From Protoeuglena noctilucae (lineage: Eukaryota), in NCBI GenBank assembly GCA_958009085.1, contig OY253671.1, positions 1,550,001-1,614,000 of the forward strand: DNA of 64,000 nucleotides, read 5' to 3'. Within the stretch, counting starts at the first letter, position 1. Each line of letters starts with the position of its first letter. A program made the position numbers and the translations under genes. Below are positions 10,390 to 22,208 of the stretch, one piece after another. The notes beneath the pieces are model-generated. The model had not been told where the DNA came from and did no database searches. It saw only the letters and a list, made by a program, of their open reading frames with translations.

Positions 10390-13300
10390 CCACCTTGTTG
10401 AGCCTCATGGTTTCAAACACCATCGACTCAATGCCACGGTCCAACTGGGGACGAACGTGACTCATCAACTCCTGGGGAGAGGGGAAGAGTTTGATTAAAC
10501 TAAAGGTTTTATTACTAGTGGATTAATTACTGTTAATTGCCAGTCCCGCCCCCTCCTTATCACTATAATGAAAAAGGACCCACAATTGCATCACTCGCCT
10601 ACACCACTTCCCTTGATCAATATCATTGCCGGCCCCACCCCACACTTAATTGCTCTCAGTAACCAACCCTCATATCATCTCAATCCATAGCATGACATAC
10701 GCTCGCCTGCACCACTTCTCTTGATCATCCCCTTCATCAACAACACCAAACCCCCACCCCACCCCTCGCCTGCACCCTACTCCCAATAACAGGGACCACT
10801 CTCATCCACGAACCCTCATCTCATCTCAACCCATGAAACAATGGACTCGCCTGCACCACTTCCCTGGGCAGCAGCTTGGACGCCGGATCGACCGTGGGCC
10901 CCCTCACTCGCGACCCCTTCACGCGAGAGGGTATGGCTAATGGCGTTAAACGCAGATGGGCGGTGAGGGGGCGGGAGAGGGACCAGGCAATGCCGAAGTT
11001 GTCGCGGGGGGGGCGCATGCCGGTCAGGCGGCCTGAAGGTGGGGGAGAGGTGGGTGGTGGTGGTTGCGGTTGGGATTGTGGTAAGTGGAGTGAGTAGCTG
11101 TTAGTATGGTGGATGGAGTGGGTAGCACCCTCTCAATCATCGATATCTCACATGCGTGCATCGCAGGTCTAGGCATCACAAGCAAGCAAGCGTGACAGCA
11201 TCACGGCAGCTAGTCATGGAACCAATAACCACAGATAAAGTGATTCTTTTATAGACAAAATGACAGTGCATGTACCACAATGCCCCTCACCGCTCCCCGG
11301 CCGGCTGCCCCCACTCCCGCCCCCGCCCACGCTGCCCCCAGGCGACCCATCCCGACTGCGCCCATCCGATGCCCGGCGATGGGTCATGTGCGCGGGTGCC
11401 GCAAACGCAGAGACACCCGCACCCCCACTGCCACCCGCACCCGCACCCACCCCCCCCCTCCTCGCAGAGCGCCGCTGTGTGTGCGTCCCCCCCGCCACCC
11501 CAGGCACCGTCGGCGCCTTTTTTGAATTTCCCGGCGCCCCCTCCCCCGTCGCCGGCCGGGGTGTCACCGCCAGTCGAAACGCCAGACCCACCGTGCCGTC
11601 CGCCGCCACCGGGCCGGGAAGCAGCGCATTGGGGTGGTTGGAATTTGAATTCGAATTGCCCAACTCCTCCCCTGCCTTCTCATCCACTTCTTGTTCCACG
11701 GGTAAACCCCGCGCCAGTCTCGCGCTGCGTCGGTGTTGGCGGTCCTGCTCCTTGATAGCGCTCTCCCACAGAGCGACGCCGGCAGATGCGGATGCGACGC
11801 CGCTGTCTATGATACCGCCATTGCCACCACCGCCACCCCTTGCACCACCACCCGCACCGCCACCAGCACCCACACCGCCACCAACACCAACACCCCCGCG
11901 TTTCGACCCCGCCCTCACCAGCGCCGTCTGCGCCAGGTTACTCAACCCCTGCCGCTCCCCCTCCCCCCCGCCCCTCCCCCCATGCAAAACCCCACCCCCC
12001 GCCCCCACCGCCTGCCGCAGCTGGCCCCTCCCCCTCGCCCGCCGCACCTCCACCGCCCGCCTCACAGCCTCCGCGCCCGCATTCGCCAAATCCGGACGCC
12101 CCGCCATTGCAGCAGCGAGCGTCGTTGTACCCCCCAGCTCCTCCCCACCCCACCCCGCCCCACGCAGCGCCACCTCCCCCACCGCCCCAACAGGCATCGG
12201 CACCACCCCCATCAGCACCGCCCCAGACACCTCCTCAGCACGTTTCTCTCTGTTAACGTCACCATTAACGGTGACTCCCTCCACAGCACGCTTCTCGCCA
12301 CCCCCTCCCTCCCCACCGCCACCGTCACTGTCGCCCCGACCCCCCGCCCCCTTTCGCAGCCCCAACCGTCGCGGCGACCCACCCCTCCCCCTCCACCCCG
12401 CCTTCCTTTCCCCTTCCGCGCTCTTATCCCCTTTCCCTTTCCCCGATTCCGCACTCGGCTTGACTGCTTTAGGCCTCAGCTCAGCCACCTCCGCCAGCCC
12501 CACCAGCGCCGCTGCCAAAGCAATGCGGCCACCCCGGTCCGACACGCCGGCGAGCGCCGCGGGATCGATATTCGTGTATTTCGGGATATTATTCGCGATA
12601 TTATCTGGTGAGCCCCTGGCTGCGCCCGATGGCGCACCGAGTGAAGTTGGCACCCCCACACCGCCACTCGCATTGCCACCCCCACCCGCACTGCCACCAC
12701 CACTACCCGCACTGCCACCCGCACTGCCACCCGCACCGCCACCCGCACCCGCACCCGCACTGCCACCCGCACCCGCACCACCACCCCCAGCCCCACCCCT
12801 CCCCGCCCCCTGCCCCCCCACACCGTCAGAGACCCTGTGCCGCTCCGGGCTGCTCCCTGCCACATGCCTCGTATGCGATTGCGATTGCGAGTGACTGTAG
12901 CCCTGTCTGTGCCGTCTCTCTGGGCTGCTCTCACTCACACGCCGGCCACCCCCACCGCTGCTGCTAATTTGTGCAGCGCTTTGGTTGTGGTGGTTGGAGG
13001 TTGGTTGTATATAGGCATTGCCTTGGGTATTACCACCACCATGATGACCATCACCACCATGGTCATTATCCTTATCGTTATCATGTAGACGATGACGATG
13101 ATTATAAGATTGGCGTGGATCGATCCATAGGGGCGAGGATGCGCGGTCGGATGGGATGAGGCTGGCGAGGGATGACTCGGTGGTTTGAATTTGGGGGGCG
13201 TCGGGGAGAGGGGCGGTGGTGGTGGGGTGGCGATGGGTGGCGTTGATGGTGAGCACACTGCAGGGATGAGGGGAGACGGGTGGTGGTGAGGGGAGTGGTG

Positions 13301-15896
13301 AGAGCAATGCAGGAATGAGGGGGGTGGCCTTGATGGTGAGAACACAGGGGGGATGGGGAGAGGAGATGGGGTGGAGTGGGGTGTGTGTGAGTGGTGGGTG
13401 GTAGTAATACATACTGAGGCATCACATCGTATCACCCTCCCTTGCACTGCCACTCATACCCACCCACACGCCCAACCCCACCCACCTGTGCCTCTCTGGC
13501 TGCGTGACAGGGGCAGCATCGTACCCTACATCAATATTACTATCACTATTGCTCTCCCTTGCACCATCACACCCACCTGTGCCTCTCCGGCTGCGTGACA
13601 GGGGCAGCATCACACTGAAATATAACTACTCTCCCTTGATCTATTAAACCCACCCTTCCACCGCACCTGTGCCTTTCTGGCTGCGTGCCCGCCACCGCGC
13701 TGCCCCTCATCATGCGCTCCCCCCCTTCCTCCGACCCAGACACGCGCACCATGTAGCTGGCCTGGGAGGGTGGGGGATTTGAATTTGAATTTACATGGGG
13801 TCACGTCAGCGTGTGTGATGGGAGATGTTGAGAGGGTTAATGTGAACCACCCTTCCTCTATGCCCATCCACAAATGGCAAAGTCAACACACGCAGTCACA
13901 CTCTCATTCCCAGTCCCCATAACACCCACTCATTCCCACTCACTTCCATTTCTATTAATGATGTCCAATACCCCCATTCCACATCACAACTCTCACCCTT
14001 TCTGCTTCCCTCTCCGCCCTCCACGTGGTCGAGTCAACACACGCAGTGACAGCCACGCTAACAACCACTACTCACTGATAATAACCAATAGTAACCAGTA
14101 ATAACCAGTAATAACCAATAACCCCTATTCAAATAACACCCCACTCACCCTTTCTGCTTCCCTCTCCGCCCTCCACGTGGCCGAGTCGTGCACCGCGTCC
14201 TTGAGCGTCAGAATCATCCGGCTCTTGGCCAGAAGCAATTGCTGGCGGGGCAGAGCACGATGTTCGGTCTTTAATGCCTCAGTTACCAGTTGCAGGCTGC
14301 GGTGGATGTCTCTCCGCATGGTCGGGAACTCAGGGGAGTCGAGGAGAGAGGCGTAGGTGCACATGCAGGTGCGGAGGCGGAACAGGACGCTGCAAATGGG
14401 GGAGAGTGTGTGATAGATGGGTTGATAAGATGAGAAAGAGAGTGTGATATGATGGAAGAGTGAAACATGATAGCCATCTCAGTCACTCTCATCTCCCCCA
14501 CCCGTACGAGAAGGTGAGTATGGCACGTGCATTTAACACACAACAGCTATTGTACACAATAAAGTAACTTCAATATTTCGTATTGTACCAACTACCTCCC
14601 TCACCCGTACGAGAAGGTGAGTATGGCCTCCAAGTTATCGTCGGCCCTCTTGTCGGTGGTGTGCATGGTCAGTCGGCCCCCCTCCAATCGGAGACTGCGG
14701 AAGGACTTTCCGCGGATCCAAGACTCGGTGCTGTGGCTGGGAAGGGACTCGGGGACGTCCTGGGGGCACCACAGCGCAAAGCGAGGGGGTGATATTCGTG
14801 ATAACATATGAACATTGGAATGTTTTTGATAAACAGTGTTGCAGAGGTGCATTTGTGATTGATGCACCCACTCTATCTCACACACGCACCCCCACCCCTC
14901 ACCTCGTCCCCCTCGACTAATCTCTTGTACTTGTGCACCATCTCCCGGAACTTGCGTGGCGGCTTGACGTTGAGCGTCGGGAACCGCAGCTCCCCCATCG
15001 CGGGCCGGCCCCCCTGGTCCACTTTAGCCTCCAGCTGACTCAGGGCCTTGTCCAGAGCAACACTGAACGGGGAGGTAAGAGATGAGATGGTGAGGGTTGC
15101 GAATGGCGTGAGGGGTGATGACGGAGCAAGTCAGCACGCCGAGCAATTGTGCTCTCTAGAGCAGCTAGCAAGTAGTGCTCTAGGTCACGGCAGCTGATGT
15201 CCGGCCATCCCTTCCCTTAAACAACCACGCACGCACCGTGTCTTGGCGTGCCGCTTGACGTGCTCGGCCACGTTAATCTCGCCGCCCCGCAGCGCCGACG
15301 TGCCTTCAGACCCTTGGGACCCACATGCACCACCTCCACCGTCCTGGGCGCAGCAGAGAAGCGAACGCGGCGTGGGAAGGTGGGGCTAAGTGAGACAGGA
15401 CGGCACGGGGAGCCAACCGGTGCGCCGGACGCCGCCGTGACGCTCGCCAGCTCTGCTTTTAGGCGCATGCGTTGCGCATATGCAAGCAAAATGCCGCTGC
15501 GCGGCGTCAGGGCTGCGCCCCTCGCGTCACAGGCACCCCGATGCGCCTTGCTCGCCTGTCCATCGCCAGCTCCGCCTCATCGCGGATGCCGAGCAGTTCG
15601 CATGCCATTTGAATGGCGCTCTTGCCCTCCGGGAGGCTCGCGCCGGGCTCCCATGCCGAAGGCTGAGCGAGCGAAGCAAACAGAGAAGTTTTCTTGCCCA
15701 TACGGCACGACGCGTCCGAGGCCCGCGAGCCGGCATTTTCCGCATCTATGAAAGCAGAGGACACTCTGCATACATGCACGCGCGGACCGCTTACCTTGGC
15801 CTCCCGCTGCGACCTGCTGAAGAGCTCGCTCGCCACCACGCCCGGAATGCTGTGGTGGCGACCCGACAGGAACAGCTCGCTGTTGGCAGCTTCCAT
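10390..15896 (-). CDS. Large multi-exon hypothetical protein, extensive Gly/Ala low-complexity region
   Basis: Spliceable exons: MEAANSELFLSGRHHSIPGVVASELFSRSQREAK, PRRVRFSAAPRTVEV, VALDKALSQLEAKVDQ..., FALWCPQDVPESLPSHSTESWIRGKSFRSLRLEGG..., CTYASLLDSPEFPTMRRDIHRSLQLVTEALK..., a long exon around 11270-13190, and ELMSHVRPQLDRGIESMVFETMRLNK. No family recognised; the last exon is unresolved (possibly about 10150-10250). Confidence 0.55.
14080..14124. repeat. Intronic ataaccagta-like short tandem repeat
   Basis: ataaccaata gtaaccagta ataaccagta ataaccaata acc. Confidence 0.8.
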
Positions 15897-16378
15897 GGCT
15901 AGGTATCCACAGCGCGTCCTCCGGCGCCAGCCGACCCTCTAAGCGACGCAATCCGGCGAAAGGTCACGCGCACATGGACAGCGACGCCGGTGCGCCTACG
16001 ACCCCGTCTGGGCTTCCGGAGAGCAACCTGGAGTCCGACATTGGTGCGGCACCGACGAGAGGTCCGCATTTGGCTGGTTTTTGTTCTGCCAGTCTGACGG
16101 TGTAAAAAGTTGGTTTCCTGCGGCGTCAGTTGAGGGGACGTGGAGCAGGTCGCTGCGTAGTTTATTGCGAGAGTGCGTGTGGCGCTGTCCTCGACGCTGC
16201 CGGGTCTCTAGTTTGTGCGAGCCACCGGGCAATTGCCCAGGCTCGTCGTTCTTGGGTTGGGCACCCTGTGCGGGTGGCTGAGCTCGTCCTTTTGGCTGCG
16301 GTTACCCGGCGCGCGTCTCGCTTTGCTAAAAAGGGGTCGATCGGGCCTGCGTGCCGCCTCCGTTTGCAGCGGTGCGCC

Positions 16379-19300
16379 ATGGCGGAAGAGAAGACGCTCA
16401 CGGATCTCAAAGAGGTGCGTTTGGTGTTCTGGTACGACCGATGCTTGCGAAGGAGGAAGCGGAGGCCGGGAGAGCCCGGCCGCGCCCTCCGATAGCGCTG
16501 TATCACGTGCTCATGCACCCACGCCGTGTGGGCGATGCCCGGGCCCCTGCGCGCCCAGCACCAGCATGTCTCACCCGTTTCCCGACCCGAAAGTGCAAAT
16601 AGGCGCGAATCGCTCCGCGGGGCTCCGCGGGGCGGGCAAGCCCATGCAAGCGCCCGAGGGCGTGGCATTCTCGAACATCACGCGCCTCCCGGGCTCGCCA
16701 GCCTGCGTTTCCGTGGCTAATTTTCCGAATGGCTATAAGGGAGCACGCCTCACTTTTCCCCGGGCCCTGTGGGCGCCGGAGCATGCGGCCTTTGCCACCC
16801 CCCGACACCCCCCCCGTGGGGCGCGCGATCGCGGCCCGCGCGTCCCCGGCCCGCAGATCTTTGAGTCGAAGACGGAGGAAGAGAAGTTCGTGCTGCTGTG
16901 CAGGGCGGGGCTCGTCCGGCAGGGCAGGGGCACGCTGGGCATGCTCGTCCAGACGGGGGGCGAGCAAAACCTTGAGACCGTCGAGGTGCGCCGCCCGCCG
17001 GGGCCGCGTGACAGGCTGAGACTTGTGTAATTCGCGCGCACCCGCCGCGCGGAGGGCTCCGGCGACCGCTGCGCCCCGCTTTCGCGGCCGCCCGCAGGCG
17101 GACGTGCTTCCAAAGGGTAACTCGTTCGCGATCTATTGGAACGGCAAAGAGCTGTCGACGCCCACGGAGGTGCGTAATCGACGCGAGCGCGGGGCGCAGG
17201 GGCGAGCGCGGCGCGGCGCGCGGCGGCTCGGGGACGCCTCTAGATCGGGCGTGTGTTTTGCGCCCGCAGTTCATGCGTACGGTGATGGATTCGAAGCGCG
17301 GGAACTCCGGAGTGGACGCATGGGGTGTCGTGCACGACAGGCGCGTCGCGGGGCGCAGCGGCGGCCGGCGCGGGGGCCGCGGCGGGGGTCGCGTGGGCCC
17401 ACACCTTCGGCCACCGCCCGCGCCCGGCCGGATCCGCCGCCGCCCGGCCCGTGCCCGCAGGAACTGCACTCTTCAGGAGACTTGGTCGCATTTCGTGGAA
17501 GTGTATCCAAAAATGAAGCGCTTTGAGGGAGGGCCCTTCCGCCGTTGGTTCCAGCTCTCCCGCGGCAATCAATCGAACGGGAAATGGTTCACAGGCCGCG
17601 TCACCAAAATCAAGGTGCGTGGAGGAAGGCAGGAGCGCGGGCGCGGGGCGGGGCGGGCCGGTGCGGGGCGCGCGGGGGCCGGATGCGCGCGCACACTCTG
17701 GCAGCCATGATCCGCGTCCCGAGCCACCCTGCGACAATGATCAGCGGCGCATCGGAGAAATGAGAACAATTTATTGCCGAAGCAGTTGCCGCTTCCCGCT
17801 CTCAATCGACGGCTCGTGATTTTTTTATAACTTTCTTTTGTGATCCTTCTTCTCCTCGTTCTCCCCCGCAGGCCATGCCGAAATCGGAGACCTCTTCCCG
17901 CGGCAACGTGGTTTGCATGCGCCTGTTCCTGGCCGTGCATTACCCCGAGGACAGCGACACGGGGGAGTTCAGCTACGATCAGTTCCGCCAAGTTCTCAAG
18001 TGAGCGATGGGTGGGAGGGCAGTGGGCGTGGGTGTGTGTGCATGTGTGTGTGGGCAGGTTTGCGAGAGAGCGAGGTTTAATCTAAGATGGCATGGTGTCA
18101 GCAATGTTGGGACATCGTAGCGCCCTCGCTGCCGCCCCTCCTCCAGCCCACACGCCCCAGTCACCCCTCACCCTCACCCCATCCCCCCCCCCCCCTCCCC
18201 TCGCAGGGACGAGCGCAATGAGTTCGGCAACTCATTGATGGACGCATATCTGGGCCAGACATCCTATGTCTCCACAGAGCCTCCCAGCCCCCCCAGCCCC
18301 CGCACCACCGCCCCCACTCGCGGCCGAGGCCGGGGGAGGGGCAGGGGCCGCGAGCGCTCCACCCCGCTCACCCTCGCGGCGTCGTCGATCGAATCGGACC
18401 TGTTCCGCGCGCTCAACGCGGTCTCTGATCTGGAAGAACCGATCGCGACCGCCCTCGCGCGACGCCGGCCCCTGCCGCCCCCCGTCCCTTTCCACGGCGG
18501 CCAGCCCCGCCGTGACGGCGCGATCGCCAGTTTCCTGTCAGACGTCGCGGACCCGCTGCTTTCGATGACGGAGGGTGGTGCGCTGGACGGTGGCGCGTGG
18601 GAGTGCGTGGCGGATATGGGGGGTACGGTGGCGGTGGTGGAGCGGCCGGGGGGTTACGACGTCAGCGGGGCCATCGATCACGTGGCAGACATGCTCAAAT
18701 CACGGTGAGGTGGTGTTGTGGGGGTGGGGGTGGGGGTGCGGATGGAGGTGTATCTGGCATAGATCACGTGGCAGACACGATAAAGTCGTTATGAGCCTTC
18801 CCCTTTCACCTTTTTATAAGTACCCCTTTCACTCCTCACCACCACCACCCTTCACCCCCCACTCACCACCACCACCCTCCACCCCTCCACTCACCACCCC
18901 ACTCACCCCCCCTCTCTTCCCCCCCTCCCAGCCGCGGCGTCCTCCCCACGGCCAGCGCCGCCGAGGTCCGCTTCCTCACCTGGCGACTCCTGCAAACACG
19001 CATGGGGGTGGGGCGGGCCCGGCTGCCCGTCAAGCAGCTGGGGCGCTTCCTGGCAGCCACACGCGCCCACGCCCACGCCTTCCATCTCGCCTCCGATATA
19101 TGGGCCGAGTGGCGAACGTGGGAGAGAAACAACTTCAGTGCGGATGCGCTGGCTCACCTGCAGGAGAGGGCGGCGTCGGGGCAGCCGCTGAGTGCGTCGC
19201 GAGATCGGTCGGTGTTGAAGGACGCGCACACGGCGGCGGTGGGGATGCCGACGGTCGCGGGGGCGGGGGCGGGGACGAGGGGGGTGGGGGAGGTGAGGGG

Positions 19301-21259
19301 GGGTGGGTGCAGTTGGGGCCTGCGTGGGTGGATGCAATGCACACGGATGCAATGCACATGCGCTTTGATGACACGCAATATCAATATAAATTCAAAATGC
19401 GATTCAAATCCACAACCCTCCCCCCCCCTCCCCCGCAGCCCCCAGTCAAGCGATTCAAATCGGAGCCCTCCTCTCTGCCCGTGGGCCACTCTGTTTGGGC
19501 AGCGAACGCCAACGCGGGTGCGATTGGACCGTTGCAGTCGCGCCGTGCGGCGGGGGTGTTTCAAGCGTCTCTGGTGGGGGAGGAGGGGGCGGAGGGGTGG
19601 GCGGGGGCGCCGCTGCCGGTGCTGGTGCGCATCTGCAGCCACCTGACCATTCGGTGAGATGAGTGGGTGATTGGGGATGCTTGAGTGATTGGGGTTGTCC
19701 CCCTTCCACCCCCTCACTACTCACCCCTCATCTCTCACCCACCCCCTTTCTCATCCCCTCTCTTACCCCCAGTGACGCCGCATCTTTTGCATGCGTGTGC
19801 GCCCCCTCACCCCTCACTCACTCCCTCTCACCATTCACTCACCCACTCACTCACTCTCACCCCCCATCACTATCTCTCCCCCCCCAGTGACGCCGCTGCT
19901 TTCGCGTGCGTCTGCGCCCCCTTCCGATGCGCTGCGGCCATGCTGGGCGTGACCGGGTGCTTTGCCCCACTGGCGCTCGATGCCAGATTGGCTTCCATTG
20001 CCACGGCCAGGAGTGCGGCGGCGGTGGTAGGGAGGCAGGTAGAGAGTTTGAGGAGGGAGGTGAGGGGGGGGACTGGGGGTGGTGATAGTGGGAGAGGGAG
20101 TGGGAATGGTGAGGGGTGAGGGTGAGCGTGAGTGGCGGTGCTGTTATGGTGGGGCAAGTGAGAACACTCTCTCCCCCTTTAGGTGGACTTAGGACGCGTT
20201 TGTTGTATGATTAACGATTACATCTCCACCACCCCCTCCCTCACTGCTCAGGTGGATTTGGACGCGATCGATGAGCTGGACCGTCGCAATTTGAAAACAG
20301 CCGAGGATGTGCTTGAAGCGACGCTGGACGACGCCATGGTGGGGAGGCTGGTGCGGGCACTGCGCAACAGGGGGAGGTGAGGATGGGGGGTGATGAGAGT
20401 GGGGGTGATGGGTGATGATGGCTGCATGTGTATATGCGTGCATGGGCAGTGATGGTGGGGAGGCTGGTCAGGGCGCAACCGGGGTAGGTGATGGGTGTGG
20501 AGAGGGAATAGGGAATGCAATGTATTATATATATTCCCCTCACTACTAGTCTCAACTACTCCAATGACTGACTGACCCCACCTCGCATCGCCCCCCTCCC
20601 TCACTCCCAATCACATCCTACATGCAACATGCACATCCCTCATCACGCCCCCAGGGCCCCCCAGCTCCGCGCATCCGAGTCCCACCTCCGCTCCCTCCCC
20701 ATCGCACCCATCCACATGCATATCCCAATCACCTTTATTAACATTAATGCCCCAATCGCCCCCCCAGGGCTCCCCAGCTCCGCGCGTCCGAGTCCCACCT
20801 GCGCTCTCTCACCGGCCGCCTGGCCACGCGTACGGCCGAGTGGGAGCCGCAGCTGGCGAGCGCGTGGGCGCGCACGGACAGGCTGTCCGCGGAGATACGG
20901 TGAGTGATGGAGGGGTGTGGTTGTGTTTGAATTGAAATGTGAATGTGTGCGTGTGTGCTTTGCATGAGAGCCGCAGCTGGTGCACCGTGTGGTGCGCCAC
21001 TGACTCCCTCACTCCCTCACTCCCTCACTCACTCACTCCCTCACTCACTCACTCCCTTCCACCCCCCACTCCCTCACTCACTCATTCCACCCTCACCCCC
21101 ACCCACCCCCGCAGTGCCGAGTCCTCCCAGCTAATGCACCGCGTGATGCGCCAGGCATTCGAGGCCAAGCTCATCGGCGGTGGCCCCTCCGTCAGTCGAC
21201 CGGGTGACGCCCCCGCAGAGGCCATGGAGGGGGGAGCGCAGAGCGAGGCCAGGCATTGA
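16379..21259 (+). CDS. Putative chromatin protein: RAMA-like domain + Tudor-like domain + F-box-like motif + coiled coil
   Basis: Spliced peptide: MAEEKTLTDLKE|IFESK..FVLLCRAGLVRQGRGTLGMLV..VE|ADVLPKGNSFAIYWNGKELSTPTE|FMRTVMDSKRGNSGVDAWGVVHDR|NCTLQETW..RRWF..GKWFTGRVTKIK|..FLAVHYPEDSDTGEFSYDQFRQVLK; later WAGAPLPVLVRICSHLTIR|DAAAFACVCAPFR. Stop TGA at 21257-21259. Confidence 0.6.
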
Positions 21260-22208
21260 TGGGACGAGGTTTGTTAAGAGGGGCAATGAGGGTGTTGAGT
21301 GAGAGGGGCAGTGAGTGAGGGGCGCAGAGCGAGGCAAGGCACTGAGGGGGGGGGGGGAGGGGTAGAGGGGGTGGCAGGAGGGTGTTGAGTGGCAGAGAGG
21401 GTGTTGAGTGAGAGGGGCAGTGAGTGAGGGGCAGTGAGTGGGGGGGCATGACGTGGCACGGACTGAGGCTACGCACAGGGGGAGAGTGGAAGAGGAAATG
21501 AGGATGACAAATGAGGGGCATTGAGTGGACTTGCAGGGATGCCCGAACTGCGGGTGTTGCGGGTGGCAGGGCGCAGCTGGGGGTGCCCGCCTATCCCAGC
21601 CCCGTCACTTCTCACATATAGCAGCGCACGGCATTGTATGGCATTACGACTGCGTTTTTCCTTTCAAAAGTACTTAGCTTGCGTTTCCCGGGTAGCTCCA
21701 TTTCAGCGCAGGGGGCGCAGTGGGGCGCGTTGAATCACCGAACAGCGACAGTCGCACTCATGTGTCACTCAAGAGACACCGCACAGCACAGCACATGACA
21801 GGGGCAGGGAGTCACGACTCACATCCGCATGCGTCAGCGGGCGAATTCGGACTCTGCATCGTTTTGCATCAGCATGCGCAAGTTGTCACTGGCCGGCAGC
21901 CGTGGAACTCTGTCGCGTTTCAAAATCGGAGATCGCGTGAAGTCCCGACGCGGGGTGCATCCCGAGCTAGCTCAGCCTAGCCTAGCCGTCTAGTCTAGTC
22001 CAGCCAGGCACGAGTACAAGTCTGTCGCGACATCCCTCACGCATCCACGGCATCGCGACGAGCTATCAAAGTGACTGCGACTGCAACTGCACCTGTGCTG
22101 CAACTGCAACTGCGCTGCACCTGTGCTGCAACGGCGACAGTCCTTAACACACACAACGCCTGTCAATGTGTGAGGTGCCGGAGTGGGTACCGAGAGTTGA
22201 AGACTACC

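Noticed and set aside
11260..12894. 544-aa Pro-rich ORF resembling an extensin or formin
   Set aside because: It is antisense to the Gly-rich exon of the minus-strand gene, and stop codons are scarce at this GC content.
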